DNA from: an uncultured Gemmatimonadales bacterium
GTDB lineage: Bacteria > Gemmatimonadota > Gemmatimonadetes > Gemmatimonadales > Gemmatimonadaceae
Length of the DNA: 64,000 nt
Reading direction: 5' to 3'
NCBI GenBank assembly: GCA_963793305.1
Contig: CAWBZV010000005.1
Span: 608,001-672,000, forward strand
The number at the start of each line of letters is the position of its first letter. The first letter of the stretch is position 1. The notes under the pieces are model-generated. The model did not search any database and was not told where the DNA came from. It worked only from the letters and a program-made list of their open reading frames with translations. Both the position numbers and the translations under genes were made by a program. Positions 47,361 through 57,334 of the stretch are shown piece after piece.

Positions 47361-49107
47361 ATGCCCTCATTCTTCACACTGGTGCGCCCGGGCGGCGTCC
47401 CAGCCGACGAAGGAGTTCGCTGCGGCGACTGGACCGTCGTTGGCACGGCGCGCCTCGACAACCGCGCCGATCTCCAGTCGTGGGCGAACGCACCGGCAGC
47501 GGCCTCCGATCTCGATCTGATCGCGTCGGTAATCTCCACTCGCGGCGAACGCTGCGTCCGCGACCTCCTCGGCGACTTCGCTTTCGTCGCCCAGAATGCC
47601 GTGACTCACCAGGCAATCGCGGCGCGCGACGCATTCGGCGTGCGGCCTCTCTACTACCGCACCAAGCCCGACGAGCTGGCCTTCTCTTCCCACGCCGCTC
47701 GTCTGGCCGAGGGCACCGAGTATGACCTCGACTACATCGCCGAGTTCATTCTTTCGGGCTTCGACCGCGACCACCGCACACCTTACCGCGGCGTCCGCGC
47801 TTTCCCTCCGGGCCACGTCCTCGTAGCCCAGAACGGCACCACGACTCTCTCGCGCTACTGGTCCGCGGCCGAGTTCCAGCCCGCCGAGCATGCCTCGGCC
47901 GAGGAGAGCTGCACCGAGTTCCGTGCTTTGCTCGAGCGCGCGCTCATTCTCGAACCTCACAGGCGCCGACGACTGTTGGTCGCAACTGTCAGGCGGTCTC
48001 GACTCCTCCTCGCTCGTTTCGCTCACAGAAACAATGCGCCGTGCCGGCCGAGTCCCACACGGGATCGCCGGCACCGTGATGATGGTCGACTCGCTCGACG
48101 ACGAGTCTCACTACGCACGCGCGGTCGTCGAACAGTACGGCGTTCGCTTCGAAACGGTCACCGACTACTGGCTCTGGCAAGACGACGGCGAACCGCCGCC
48201 GCCCAACGACCTACCGGACCCACTCTACCCGATGTACGCCCGCAACCGCGCCCTCTGCTCGATCGTGCGCAACGCCGGCGGTCGAGTTTTGTTCAGCGGC
48301 GTCGGCCCCGACCACTTCGTCGCCGGCAACCTGTATTTCTTCGCCGACTGGCTCGCACGCGGCAAGGTCCTCGAAACCATTCGCGAGCTCTGGCGTTGGT
48401 CGGTGCTCGGCAAGAAGCCATTCTGGAAATACGCGGTCGACAACGCGATCGCCCCTTTGCTGCCGTCACGCCTCCGCAGCCTGGCGGCGCCGCGCTGGGC
48501 GCAGGTATACGACTGGATCTCTCCAGGGTTTGCCCGTCGCCTTGGGTTGAACGATCGGACCGCATGGGGCCGCGCGCTTAACGAGGCCCCACTCGGACAC
48601 AAATTCGAGGGGCAGGGCGTAGCGGACATCGATCACTTGGTCGTATGCATCGATCGTGGCGAGTTTGAGAGGGGCATCGAGATGCGATGTCCATTCCTCT
48701 ATCGCCCATTCGTGGAATTCTGCCTTCGGCTTCCGCGCGAGCTCCGTATTGAGAAGGCGACCAAGAAGTGGCTCATGCGCGAGGCGATGAAGGGCGTCCT
48801 TCCCGAAGGCGTTCGCACTCGTCGCGATAAGGGTGCGATCAGCGGTCGCACGCGCTGGGCTCTGAGTCGAGAAGGGTCAACTATCGCAACTATGCTGAAG
48901 TCGTCAACCCTCGCCGACCTAGGATGTATCGACATTACGAAGGTGCGGAAGGCAATTGAACGCGCTCGCACCGGTGATGACGCGGTGCTGTTCGCGGTCA
49001 CGCGAACGTTGGCGCTCGAATTCTGGCTACAGGTTACCAATCACCGGAGGAGGGTCCGCAGCCTTCCTACCGATTCGGCGGCATCGACCCTCGCCGTCGC
49101 CGTATAA
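47361..49107 (+). CDS. Lasso cyclase (asparagine-synthase-like isopeptide ligase); +1 indel near 47948
   Basis: ARLDNR.DL; GDFAF; RD.FGVRPLYY; then in the next frame LSGGLDSSS, DESHY, LFSG.G.D, R.PFL, KWLMREAM.G.LPE.VR.R.DK. No N-terminal Cys. Confidence 0.88.
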
Positions 49108-49135
49108 CACCACTCATTCTGGAGAAAGCAAGACA

Positions 49136-49255
49136 ATGCACAGCACCATCAAGCAGAGCTACCTTGCACCAAGCGCCACGCACACGACAATCGCGGTCGT
49201 CACGCTCGGAACCGCCAGTCAGTCTGGTGAGCCTGTCGCCGGCCTCCACTGGTAA
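49136..49255 (+). CDS. Lasso peptide precursor: leader MHSTIKQSYLAPSATHTTIAVVTL, core GTASQSGEPVAGLHW
   Basis: GGAGA RBS; YxxP leader motif; Thr at -2; core G1 with E8 acceptor; directly after the cyclase. Confidence 0.9.
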   Translation: MHSTIKQSYLAPSATHTTIAVVTLGTASQSGEPVAGLHW

Positions 49256-49264
49256 GCCGAGCTG

Positions 49265-49297
49265 CTGACGTGGAGCGGTCGCGGCCGCTCCCGTCAG
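49265..49297. terminator. GC-rich stem-loop between the convergent precursor and TonB-receptor genes
   Basis: CTGACG(T)GGAGCGG-TCGCGG-CCGCTCC-CGTCAG. No U-tract, so it may be a stabilising hairpin rather than a terminator. Confidence 0.5.
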
Positions 49298-51888
49298 TAC
49301 AGGACGCGGAGTCCGAGGCTGGTCGTACGTCCGGGTGTCACAAACGTGGCAAATTGCTCGACAGCGTGGTTGTCGGTGAGGTTGTCGACGCTGACCCAAC
49401 CAGAGACGCGTCGGCTCAATTGCTGGTCGATCGTAAACCTGAGCTTGACGAAGCCAGGCCAACGCTTGAGTTCTTGGCGGGGAGTGAGGAGCGAATCTGC
49501 GGGGAGCGCCTGCTTCACGACGTCCATGCTGGTCCAGTAACCGACATACGTCCCTCCGACGCCAATGTCTCCGCCACGCCAGGGCGTAGCATTCATCGTC
49601 ATCCCACCTGACGTCAGTGGTACCAGTTGCGCTTGGTCGCCGACTCGGTATGAGCCGGTCGTGTCGCCGCCTAGTTTGACGATCTTGCTGGATGTGTACG
49701 AGTATTCCCCGGTCAAGCGCACCGGTGGCAAGGTGACCGTGCCGCTGATCTCCAACCCTTCGTTCTTGATCTCGCCGATATTTTGATACTGAAAGATGGT
49801 GGTTCCTTGTTTCGATCCCACTTGCTCGTGAATGATCAGATCATGTGCCCGCTGGTTGTAGTACGTGACCGAGAGTGATCCTGAATTGCCGAATTCCAGA
49901 TCAACTCCGCCGTCGCCGCCATCTTGACGCTCCGGCGCCAGCACCGGATTCGCACGCTGAACGGCGCCGAAGAGAAGAGACGCAGAATCACGTTGCGCCG
50001 GTAGACCGGGTTGGATCGCCGATCCGTACGAGGTCCGAGCTTTCAATACGATGTCGCCCAATGATTTAACGAAGGAGGCTCCGATTCGAGGAGCCAGCGC
50101 CACGCTGTAGTGCAGTCCGAAGCCGTTGTCTATGTCTGCGCGCAACCCGCCCGTCACGAATAGATGTTCCAGCACATTGATCTGGACTTGGCCGAAGCCG
50201 CCTGTGTTACTCACGGGATTGCGGTTGATAGCTGCCGCCGACGAGGAAGCGAGTCCCACGATGGCCGGCAATAGTGAGAGACCGACTTGATCTGATGTCC
50301 GTTCGTAGTGATCGAACCCGATCGTTGCTACTCCGTTCCATTCACGGCCGATTGGAACATGCACCGACGAGTTGTACGCGATGGATGCCTTGCCACTGGC
50401 TTGGTTGAATGACGCCAATAAGCTGTCGCCGGGGCTCGTGTATTGTGGTGACGTGCGTACTTCTTCGAGCTCGGAACGATCATAACCGATCGTGAGGCTG
50501 TGTGTCCACGCTTCGAAAGGACGATAAACGAGATTCAGCCCGTACGTCTCCTCGCGCTCCGTGTCGGTAGTGTTCTGCGGCTTCGCGTACGCCGGGACCC
50601 CAGTGGCGATGAGCGCCGGCGACTCGATGGCTGGGAAGGTCCTTTCGATATAACGAGCCGAGAGTTGAACGGAGACTGGCCGCTCGTCCAGGCGAATGCC
50701 GCCGTAGGCGCTCGGATCAGACGAATAGTACCCCGGTAGCCAGTCACCTACGTGGCGATAAGAAGCCCCGAGGTCATAGCTCGCGTCACCGTGAGCCCGT
50801 TCCAGAGATACGCTGTACTTCTGCTGCAACGCGGCGCCAGGCTGCGCAGGATCTTGGACGACGCCCTCGGCGACCGATGCCTCCAGGGTCGGATGGTCGG
50901 TCGCCAGCTCGCCATGCTTCGTGAAGATTTGCATCACACCACCGCTGGCATCCGATCCATAGATGGTCGACGCTTCCGGTCCGCGGATGACTTCGACGTG
51001 ATCGATACTGTTGATGTCGACAGCCGCATATGCGGGATCCGCAACCTCGACTCCGTCGATGTACGTCTTGATGTTGTTGATATTGAACGAGTTGATGCCT
51101 CGCACGCTGATCGTGCTGTAGTAGTCAAGTTGGCCTTGATCCCAGGCGATGCTCCCCGGCACTTGCCCGCGGAAGATCTGGTCCACACTTGTGAGGTGCT
51201 GTTGCTGGATCTCGTCACTCGTGATGACGCTGATGGGCGTCGGTATGTCGGCCACCAAAGTGGGCGTGACGGTACCGGTCACAACGACCCGTTCGAGCTC
51301 ACCCGTGAACTGCTCGACGCGAAACTCGACAGTCTGCCGACTGCTCTGGGTGACCGTGACCGTCTGGGACACGGGATGGTAGCCGAGCAGGCGTGCCTGG
51401 ACGGTGAAGGTGCCGTTGGGCACCGAGTCCAGACGGAACGCGCCGCTGTCCGTGGTAACCCCGTGGTGCCACAGGCCCACAATGACGATCGTGGCGCCGG
51501 GGATAGGTGCGCCGGTGTGCGAGTTCAGAACGTGGCCGCGGACGACCGACGGCGGAGCCTGGCGGACGATGATCGCGGAATCGAATGGCTGCGCGACGAG
51601 CCCCGTGCCGCGCAGAACGAAGCCGAGGGCGCGGGCTAGGGTGGTGCGGGAGTCGTGGAGTGTGACTCTCTGGGCAAGTGAGTTGACGACCAGCGTCTCG
51701 AAATTGAAGTCGACGCCAGTCGACCTGTGGATCTCGTCGAGCGCCTCGCGGACCGTCGCGTCGCGAAGGTCGACGGTGACGATCCGATCGAGGGGAGTCG
51801 GCGACGAACTGGCGGGGCGGGGAGTCGCCGGAGCCTGGGCACGCGCAACGCAAGGCTCCACTCCCAACCCGACGGAAATGGCCAGCAC
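49294..51888 (-). CDS. TonB-dependent receptor/transducer with STN signalling domain and carboxypeptidase-regulatory-like domain
   Basis: PLDR.VTVDL....V.EAL..I (STN); VVVTGT TonB box; YIDGV; IDHVEVIRGP.ASTIYGSDASGGV.QIFTK; NLTD...PGRT..LG. Confidence 0.92.
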   Translation of the reverse strand: MLAISVGLGVEPCVARAQAPATPRPASSSPTPLDRIVTVDLRDATVREALDEIHRSTGVDFNFETLVVNSLAQRVTLHDSRTTLARALGFVLRGTGLVAQPFDSAIIVRQAPPSVVRGHVLNSHTGAPIPGATIVIVGLWHHGVTTDSGAFRLDSVPNGTFTVQARLLGYHPVSQTVTVTQSSRQTVEFRVEQFTGELERVVVTGTVTPTLVADIPTPISVITSDEIQQQHLTSVDQIFRGQVPGSIAWDQGQLDYYSTISVRGINSFNINNIKTYIDGVEVADPAYAAVDINSIDHVEVIRGPEASTIYGSDASGGVMQIFTKHGELATDHPTLEASVAEGVVQDPAQPGAALQQKYSVSLERAHGDASYDLGASYRHVGDWLPGYYSSDPSAYGGIRLDERPVSVQLSARYIERTFPAIESPALIATGVPAYAKPQNTTDTEREETYGLNLVYRPFEAWTHSLTIGYDRSELEEVRTSPQYTSPGDSLLASFNQASGKASIAYNSSVHVPIGREWNGVATIGFDHYERTSDQVGLSLLPAIVGLASSSAAAINRNPVSNTGGFGQVQINVLEHLFVTGGLRADIDNGFGLHYSVALAPRIGASFVKSLGDIVLKARTSYGSAIQPGLPAQRDSASLLFGAVQRANPVLAPERQDGGDGGVDLEFGNSGSLSVTYYNQRAHDLIIHEQVGSKQGTTIFQYQNIGEIKNEGLEISGTVTLPPVRLTGEYSYTSSKIVKLGGDTTGSYRVGDQAQLVPLTSGGMTMNATPWRGGDIGVGGTYVGYWTSMDVVKQALPADSLLTPRQELKRWPGFVKLRFTIDQQLSRRVSGWVSVDNLTDNHAVEQFATFVTPGRTTSLGLRVLY

Positions 51889-51989
51889 GAGAAGCGATGA
51901 AGCGAACCGCCGAGCGGTGCAGGCCAGGACTTAGGCCTCCCAATGAGGTGGGGATGCGTCTTTACGCCCCCCACACTACATTAGGTTCT

Positions 51990-53045
51990 CTATTGCCGGA
52001 ATAGCTGAACCTTATGCTCGTCGGGTTTGTATTGCAGACCCGCAACCGTCTGCGTGAGCAACCCGAGGGTGTGCTCCATTGTGCCGTCAGCAACAGTGAT
52101 TGTGACTGGAACGGCAGCAAGACTCGCGTCCGCGATCTCGATGTCGATATTGTACTTTCGTCCGATCGTCTCGGCGACCTCGCGAAGTGGCGTATCCGTG
52201 AACGCCAACCGCCCCACGGTCCAGTCGAAGTACGCCGAGCCCACGGCCGTCACACGCACCGCACGCCCGGCGACGTTGACCTGCCCGATGCGCCCGCCCT
52301 CGAGGATCTCACTCCCGTACGGCGTCTTCACCGACACGCGCCCACTCTTGACGGCCACGCGCGCATCGCTGCCCGGATAAGCTCGCACGTCGAACTCAGT
52401 GCCGAGATCCCGCGTCTCGATGTTGCCCGCGCGCACGAGGAAAACGCGATCGGATCGATGCTCGACAGTGAACGATGCCTCGCCGACCAACGTCGCGACG
52501 TGATTGCCCGCGCGATCGATGGCGAACGAGAGACGGCTATCAGGTGCGAGCACGACGCGCGCGCCATCAGGCAAGCGCTGCTCGTGCGGCGTCTCCCCGC
52601 GCATCGCCATATAACTCACCGGCACGGACCGCACGGTAGCCACGCGCGAGATCACGTATGTCGTGCTAATCAACACGACCGCAGCACTCGCCGCGACAGC
52701 ACGCCACGGGATGCGCCAGCGCGGCATACCTTCAGCGAGCCCGCCGTCGACAACGCGCAGATGCTCGATCCCGCGCCCAGGCAGAGAGAACCGATCGCGC
52801 CGGTCGTGCTCGGCGATACGATCCTGTACCGATTCCCACGCATCTTCCGGATCGACCGGACTCGCCCCGATGCGCCGCCCGATCATCGACCAGACTTTCT
52901 TGTGCGCCTTGATGTAGCGCTGCACCGAGAGATCGTCCGACATCCAGCGCTCGACCTCGCGCCGCTCCGGCAGCGGACTCAATCCATCCAAAAAGCGGTG
53001 GACCGCCTCCCACCGCGGATCGTCCGGTCCGTATTCGTCAGTCAT
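51990..53045 (-). CDS. FecR-family anti-sigma factor
   Basis: TM segment; LPDG.RV.L.PDS.L; L.GEA.F.V.H; DLGTEF.V; V.V..G.V; W..GRL.F.D.PL.EV. Confidence 0.92.
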   Translation of the reverse strand: MTDEYGPDDPRWEAVHRFLDGLSPLPERREVERWMSDDLSVQRYIKAHKKVWSMIGRRIGASPVDPEDAWESVQDRIAEHDRRDRFSLPGRGIEHLRVVDGGLAEGMPRWRIPWRAVAASAAVVLISTTYVISRVATVRSVPVSYMAMRGETPHEQRLPDGARVVLAPDSRLSFAIDRAGNHVATLVGEASFTVEHRSDRVFLVRAGNIETRDLGTEFDVRAYPGSDARVAVKSGRVSVKTPYGSEILEGGRIGQVNVAGRAVRVTAVGSAYFDWTVGRLAFTDTPLREVAETIGRKYNIDIEIADASLAAVPVTITVADGTMEHTLGLLTQTVAGLQYKPDEHKVQLFRQ

Positions 53046-53095
53046 GTGTCCGTCTCGGAGGTTCAACACATATATAGACGCATGAGACCCGCTAT

Positions 53096-53803
53096 CTACG
53101 TATTCCGTCCCGGAGTCGGCAACCACGGCGCCAACTCTTTACGAAGCGTTGCATACGCCTGATGCAACTGCGTGTCCACCGTACGAATCGACACGCCCAT
53201 CAGCTCCGCGATCTGTGCGTTCGTGATCTGCCCGACGCGATGTAACACCAGCGTCTCGCGCCGCCGCACCGGCAACTTGGCGACCGCCCGCGCGATCGCC
53301 GCTTGCAATTCGCCAACCGCGAGCTCCGACTCGACCGGCAGTCGCTCCGGGTTCTCCGGAAGCGGCCCGGGACCAAACGTCCCGTTCGACCGGAGCACCC
53401 GCGCGATCCAATGGCGCTCCACGCGCCGCCGCCGGAGCGCCGAAATCGCCCGCTTCCGCACGGCCGCGTACAAATACGAAACGAGCGACTGCCGCACCGA
53501 CAACGTCGTCCGCTTCGTCCACAAGTTCAGCATGACCTCTTGGACAATTTCCTGCGCGTCCGCGTCCGACGCTACGAGCGCATAGGCGATATTGACAAGC
53601 CAGGGCTGATAATGTAGAAACGCATCGCGGAACGCGGTCTCGTCACCGCGATGAATCCCATCGATCCACTGGCGATCGGTCGTCGCCTGATCGATGGCGC
53701 CCCCGTGCTGCACGGAGGGCGATTCGAATCGCGGCCGGCGATTCACCGATGGCTGCCGGTGGCGGAACGGAGGACGGCGAGAATCATCTGACGCGGAGAA
53801 CAT
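53096..53803 (-). CDS. ECF RNA polymerase sigma-70 factor (FecI-like)
   Basis: GDE.AF; DAQEIVQEV.L.LW; SYLY.AVR; LP.RRRE...L.......N..IAE.MGVS.RTV.TQL. Confidence 0.92.
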   Translation of the reverse strand: MFSASDDSRRPPFRHRQPSVNRRPRFESPSVQHGGAIDQATTDRQWIDGIHRGDETAFRDAFLHYQPWLVNIAYALVASDADAQEIVQEVMLNLWTKRTTLSVRQSLVSYLYAAVRKRAISALRRRRVERHWIARVLRSNGTFGPGPLPENPERLPVESELAVGELQAAIARAVAKLPVRRRETLVLHRVGQITNAQIAELMGVSIRTVDTQLHQAYATLRKELAPWLPTPGRNT

Positions 53804-53819
53804 AGAACACCCTCACTCA

Positions 53820-54023
53820 CTACGCAGCAGTATGTGGCAAACTCAACTCAACGACCGGCTCGACGAGATCACGCGCCCGCCGACCCGGCAACCGATCGGC
53901 ACGCATCGCTTCCGCGAGATGCCGTAGCCCCTCGAAGTACGCGACCATCTCCGTCTCGGCGCGCACGCGCGCCTCGAAGATCGGACGATCCGTCGTATCG
54001 AATGCCCGGTAGATCCAATACAT
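53820..54023 (-). CDS. Small hypothetical protein
   Basis: AGGAGGA RBS upstream of ATG 54023; 67-aa ORF. Confidence 0.5.
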   Translation of the reverse strand: MYWIYRAFDTTDRPIFEARVRAETEMVAYFEGLRHLAEAMRADRLPGRRARDLVEPVVELSLPHTAA

Positions 54024-54235
54024 GGTGGGAGTCCTCCTTAATGCTCAAGAGACGCTCGCCACGCCCCGACTACGTATAGACGTGCGGACAACGTGACCGG
54101 GTGAACGTCGTTACGAAGCGCAAAGCCGGGGTCGCCAGGAAGCAACCTCAGCAAGGGCTTGTGCGGGGTATCTCAGCGCCTAATGTTGAGCCCGTTGAGA
54201 GCTCGCGCTCCGGCCCGCTCATAGGGGACGGGCCC

Positions 54236-54335
54236 GCGATAACGGCACAACCGCCGAAAGGCGGCGTCGCAAAGCTCTGGAGGCTAACGCGCGCTTGAGC
54301 CATTCGGGCGCGCCATGCCAGTCCGGCCGCCGAAC
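54236..54335 (+). ncRNA. c-di-GMP-I (GEMM-I) riboswitch
   Basis: GGCACAA-CCGCC-GAAA-GGCGG-CGTCGCAAAGC...GGCTAAC...CATGCC...GCCGAA: GNRA tetraloop, GCAAA junction and UAA/AU tetraloop receptor, 5' of an RBS and GTG 54360. Confidence 0.8.
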
Positions 54336-54359
54336 GGACGAGAGGGGAGGAGCGCGCAC

Positions 54360-55710
54360 GTGACCACGCGGCTCATACTCGGCGCCTGCATGCTCGCGCA
54401 CGTGGCGCACGCGCAACTAGCGGCGAAGCCGTCGTTGGCGACACCCACAACGCTACGCGAGACAGAGACCGGTTCCTGGCGCGCGGGCGACGCCATGGTC
54501 TGGATCCGCGTCGCTCCCACCGGCGCGATCTCCGTCTACGCATCCCACGGGTACCGCAGCGCGTTCGCGCATGCGGTGATCATCACGCCCGAGGACGCCG
54601 ATAAATGGGCGGACCTCGGCGACCACGTTCTCGCCGGGCAAACGGCGAGTGGCGCGATCATGCTCGGCGACAGCGACATCGCGCTCGAGCCCATGCGCGC
54701 CGGCGACTCGGTCGCGCTCGCCGTCAGACTCGGCGGCGTGCGCCCCGACGGCATCACGTTCCTCATGAACGGGCAGTCGCTCCGTGAGGTCCTGCCGATT
54801 CTCCGGGCGACCGCGAAAGCAGCGCGCGCCACGCAATCGGCGAGCGCGGCACCTCCGGCGACAACACCGGCAACGCCGGCAGCCGCGCCGACTGCCGCGA
54901 AAACAGCTCCTGCGGCGCCAGTTATTGCGCCCGCTCCGGCAACGGCGACTGCAGCCCCACCTGCCGCGGCACCAGTTACCGTGACGCCAGCTACTGCGGC
55001 GCCAGCCGCTGCCCGCGCCACCACTCCGGCCGCCGCTCCCGCACCTACGCCGCACACGGCAGCGATCGACTCGCCCCCACCCGCAGTGCCGGTTGTCTTA
55101 GCCTCTGCGGCTGCGGCGCCCGCGGCTCCGCCAGAGGTCGCTGCGGCCGACACGCCACCCGCGCCCGCTCCCGAGGCCGAAGTGGCGCCAGCGACATCGA
55201 CGCCGAGCTGTCGTGGCAGCTCCGGTCGCGCCAGCTCAAGTCGCGCCAGTTCCGGTCGCGCCAGCTCCCGTTGCTCCCGCGAAAATCGCGAAAGTGACAA
55301 AGCTGAAGCCAACGCCCCAAGCGCCTGAGACGGTGCCGTTACGCCGTACGAGCGCCGGCAGCATCGCCAAGCCCGCGGCCGCCATGACGATCACCGTTGG
55401 GCCGACCGATGCCACCAAGCTCGCACCGTCGACCGTGGCCAACCTCGTCAAGCAATGGCAGTCGCAATTGGATCTTTGCTACTCTGAATTCGGCTTGAAG
55501 GTCAACCCGGCGTTGACCGGTTCGATCGCGGTGCGCCTCGCGATCCGTACCACGGGCGACGTTGGCGCGGCGACCTTCGTGCACCACAAGTGGTCTGGTG
55601 CGGGCGGTACCGAGGCCGAGTCGTGCATGCGCGCACGAGTGATGGCGTGGATGTTCCCACCGGCGTCGACGCCGAGTGCACACGAGTTCACCGTCGCCTT
55701 CGCACCGTAA
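54360..55710 (+). CDS. Secreted protein with Ala/Pro-rich linker and C-terminal AgmX/PglI (TonB-C-like) domain; frameshift near 55200
   Basis: Signal peptide; long A/P/T linker; L..CY...LK.NP.L.G.I.VRL.I...G.V...ESCM......W.FP...F...F.P. Confidence 0.75.
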
Positions 55711-55752
55711 TCGATCGAGAGGGTTGCCAACGTCGGCGGCGACGCCAATGTT

Positions 55753-56788
55753 ATGTGTCCGATGTCGCCGATTGCGTCTCTGACGCTTCGCTTGTCCGAT
55801 GCACCGCGCTCTGAGGACGACACCCAGTCGGTGCACCTGAGACTGGCCGATGCCGATCGGCTCCGCCGCAGCGAATCATGGGATGACGCCATCGCCGCAT
55901 ACCGCGCCGCGATCGGCGCGGCCGCCCCAACTGACCGCGATCTCCTCGCCGACGCCAATCGGCACCTCGGCTTCTGCCTGCGCATGGCGGGACGCCTCGG
56001 CCCCGCGGCCGACGCGTACGCCGCGGCGGCCAGCATGGCCCACGGCCTCCGCGATGTGCGGCGCATGCTGCTCGCGCGCATTGGATCCGCCGTGGTCGTG
56101 TTCTATCGCGGGAATCTCCCCGCAGCCGCCGATATGCTCGAGGCCGTAGTGCTCGAGGCCGAGTCGCTCGTGGCCACGAATCGCTCTCTCGTCAATGTCG
56201 TCGCGCGCGCCAAGCACGATCGCGCGACCATCGCGCACGATCGAGGGTCGCCCGAGATCGCCGTCGCCGATCTCTACGAAGCGTTTCATTTATATACCGA
56301 TGCCGCACAACGCGATCGCGTGCTGATCGACATGGCGCGCGCGTTCGGTGACCTCGGACTGACCAACGTCGCGCGCGATGCGCTGCTGCTCTGCCGAACG
56401 TGCGCCGCCGGTCCCGCCGCGCGCACCGCCGCGACGATCAATCTGCTCGACATGGCCCAGCGCGAAAGCGATCACGTCACGTTCGAGCACTATCGCCAGA
56501 ATGCTCGCCGCGGAGCCGCTCATTCCAAGACACGCGGCGTACTATCATCTGTTCGTCGGTGAAGGCCTGAGACGGTTCGGCGACGCCGCGGCAACGGATG
56601 CGTACGCGCGCTCACGCGACATCGCCGAGCGGTACGGACTGAACGAGGTCATGCTGCGTGCCGAGGCGGCACTGACCACCCCCGCTCAGTCGCCCACGGC
56701 ACGCGCCCCTCGCAAGACGACGTATCCGCCGGCGGTCCAGCGCGTCGCCGCGTCAATTCACGCGCTAGCCGCACAAAACGCGGGCTAG
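55753..56788 (+). CDS. TPR-repeat protein, paralog of 44107..45603; frameshift near 56500
   Basis: Shares motifs with the first copy: G.CLRM.G.L..A, LAR.G.A.V...RG.L..A, HDR, LYEAF.LY.D...RDR.L.D.A, AA.Y.LFVGEG..RFG. Confidence 0.75.
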
Positions 56789-56901
56789 CGCGTGACGCTT
56801 CGAGGCAGCGCTGACGCGCCGCACGAAGCTGGTCGGTTGGACAACGCTCGGCTGCGCCTCGCTGTGGCGCGCTGCCGCATTCGACGCCTAGATTGTCGGG
56901 C

Positions 56902-57330
56902 ATGCGTCGAACCGTGTTCCTCCTGATGGTGCTGGCCGTTGCCGCATGCGGGGCAACGCTGTGGCCTACGACGAAGGTGCAAACCAAGTCCTTCGCGCCC
57001 GATCTCTACGGCTGCGCGGCCGCGAGCGTCCGGGCGCTCAAGTACTCGTTGGTCAGCAACGACTCCAACGGTGGCCGGTTCGAGGCCCGGCGCAAGTACT
57101 CGCTCAAAGCAGAAGGTCCGGATGTCGATGAGGTCGGGCGTGCCAATGTCCTGACGGTGGAGATCGTCAAGGCACGGAACGACTCGAGTGGTACCACGAC
57201 CCTGAAGGTCCAAGCTGGGACGCTCTCGACACACGAGACGAAGCGTGGGCCGACGGAAGACCCGGAGTATGCTTCGCCCGCGGTGAAACAGGACGCCCAG
57301 ACAGTCGTCACCCGCTGCGCGAGCACATAA
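56902..57330 (+). CDS. Hypothetical lipoprotein
   Basis: MRR-hydrophobic-VAAC lipobox. Confidence 0.65.
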   Translation: MRRTVFLLMVLAVAACGATLWPTTKVQTKSFAPDLYGCAAASVRALKYSLVSNDSNGGRFEARRKYSLKAEGPDVDEVGRANVLTVEIVKARNDSSGTTTLKVQAGTLSTHETKRGPTEDPEYASPAVKQDAQTVVTRCAST

Positions 57331-57334
57331 ATAC

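Noticed and set aside
47361..49107. Asparagine synthetase AsnB, or a programmed frameshift in the cyclase
   Set aside because: No N-terminal catalytic Cys, and the gene is flanked by RRE, B2 and a precursor, so it is a lasso cyclase. There is no slippery heptamer at 47948, and many similar indels occur elsewhere.
54830..55330. Repeat array or CRISPR-like periodicity
   Set aside because: Low-complexity Ala/Pro/Thr coding linker with no constant repeat-spacer structure; no cas genes anywhere in the window.
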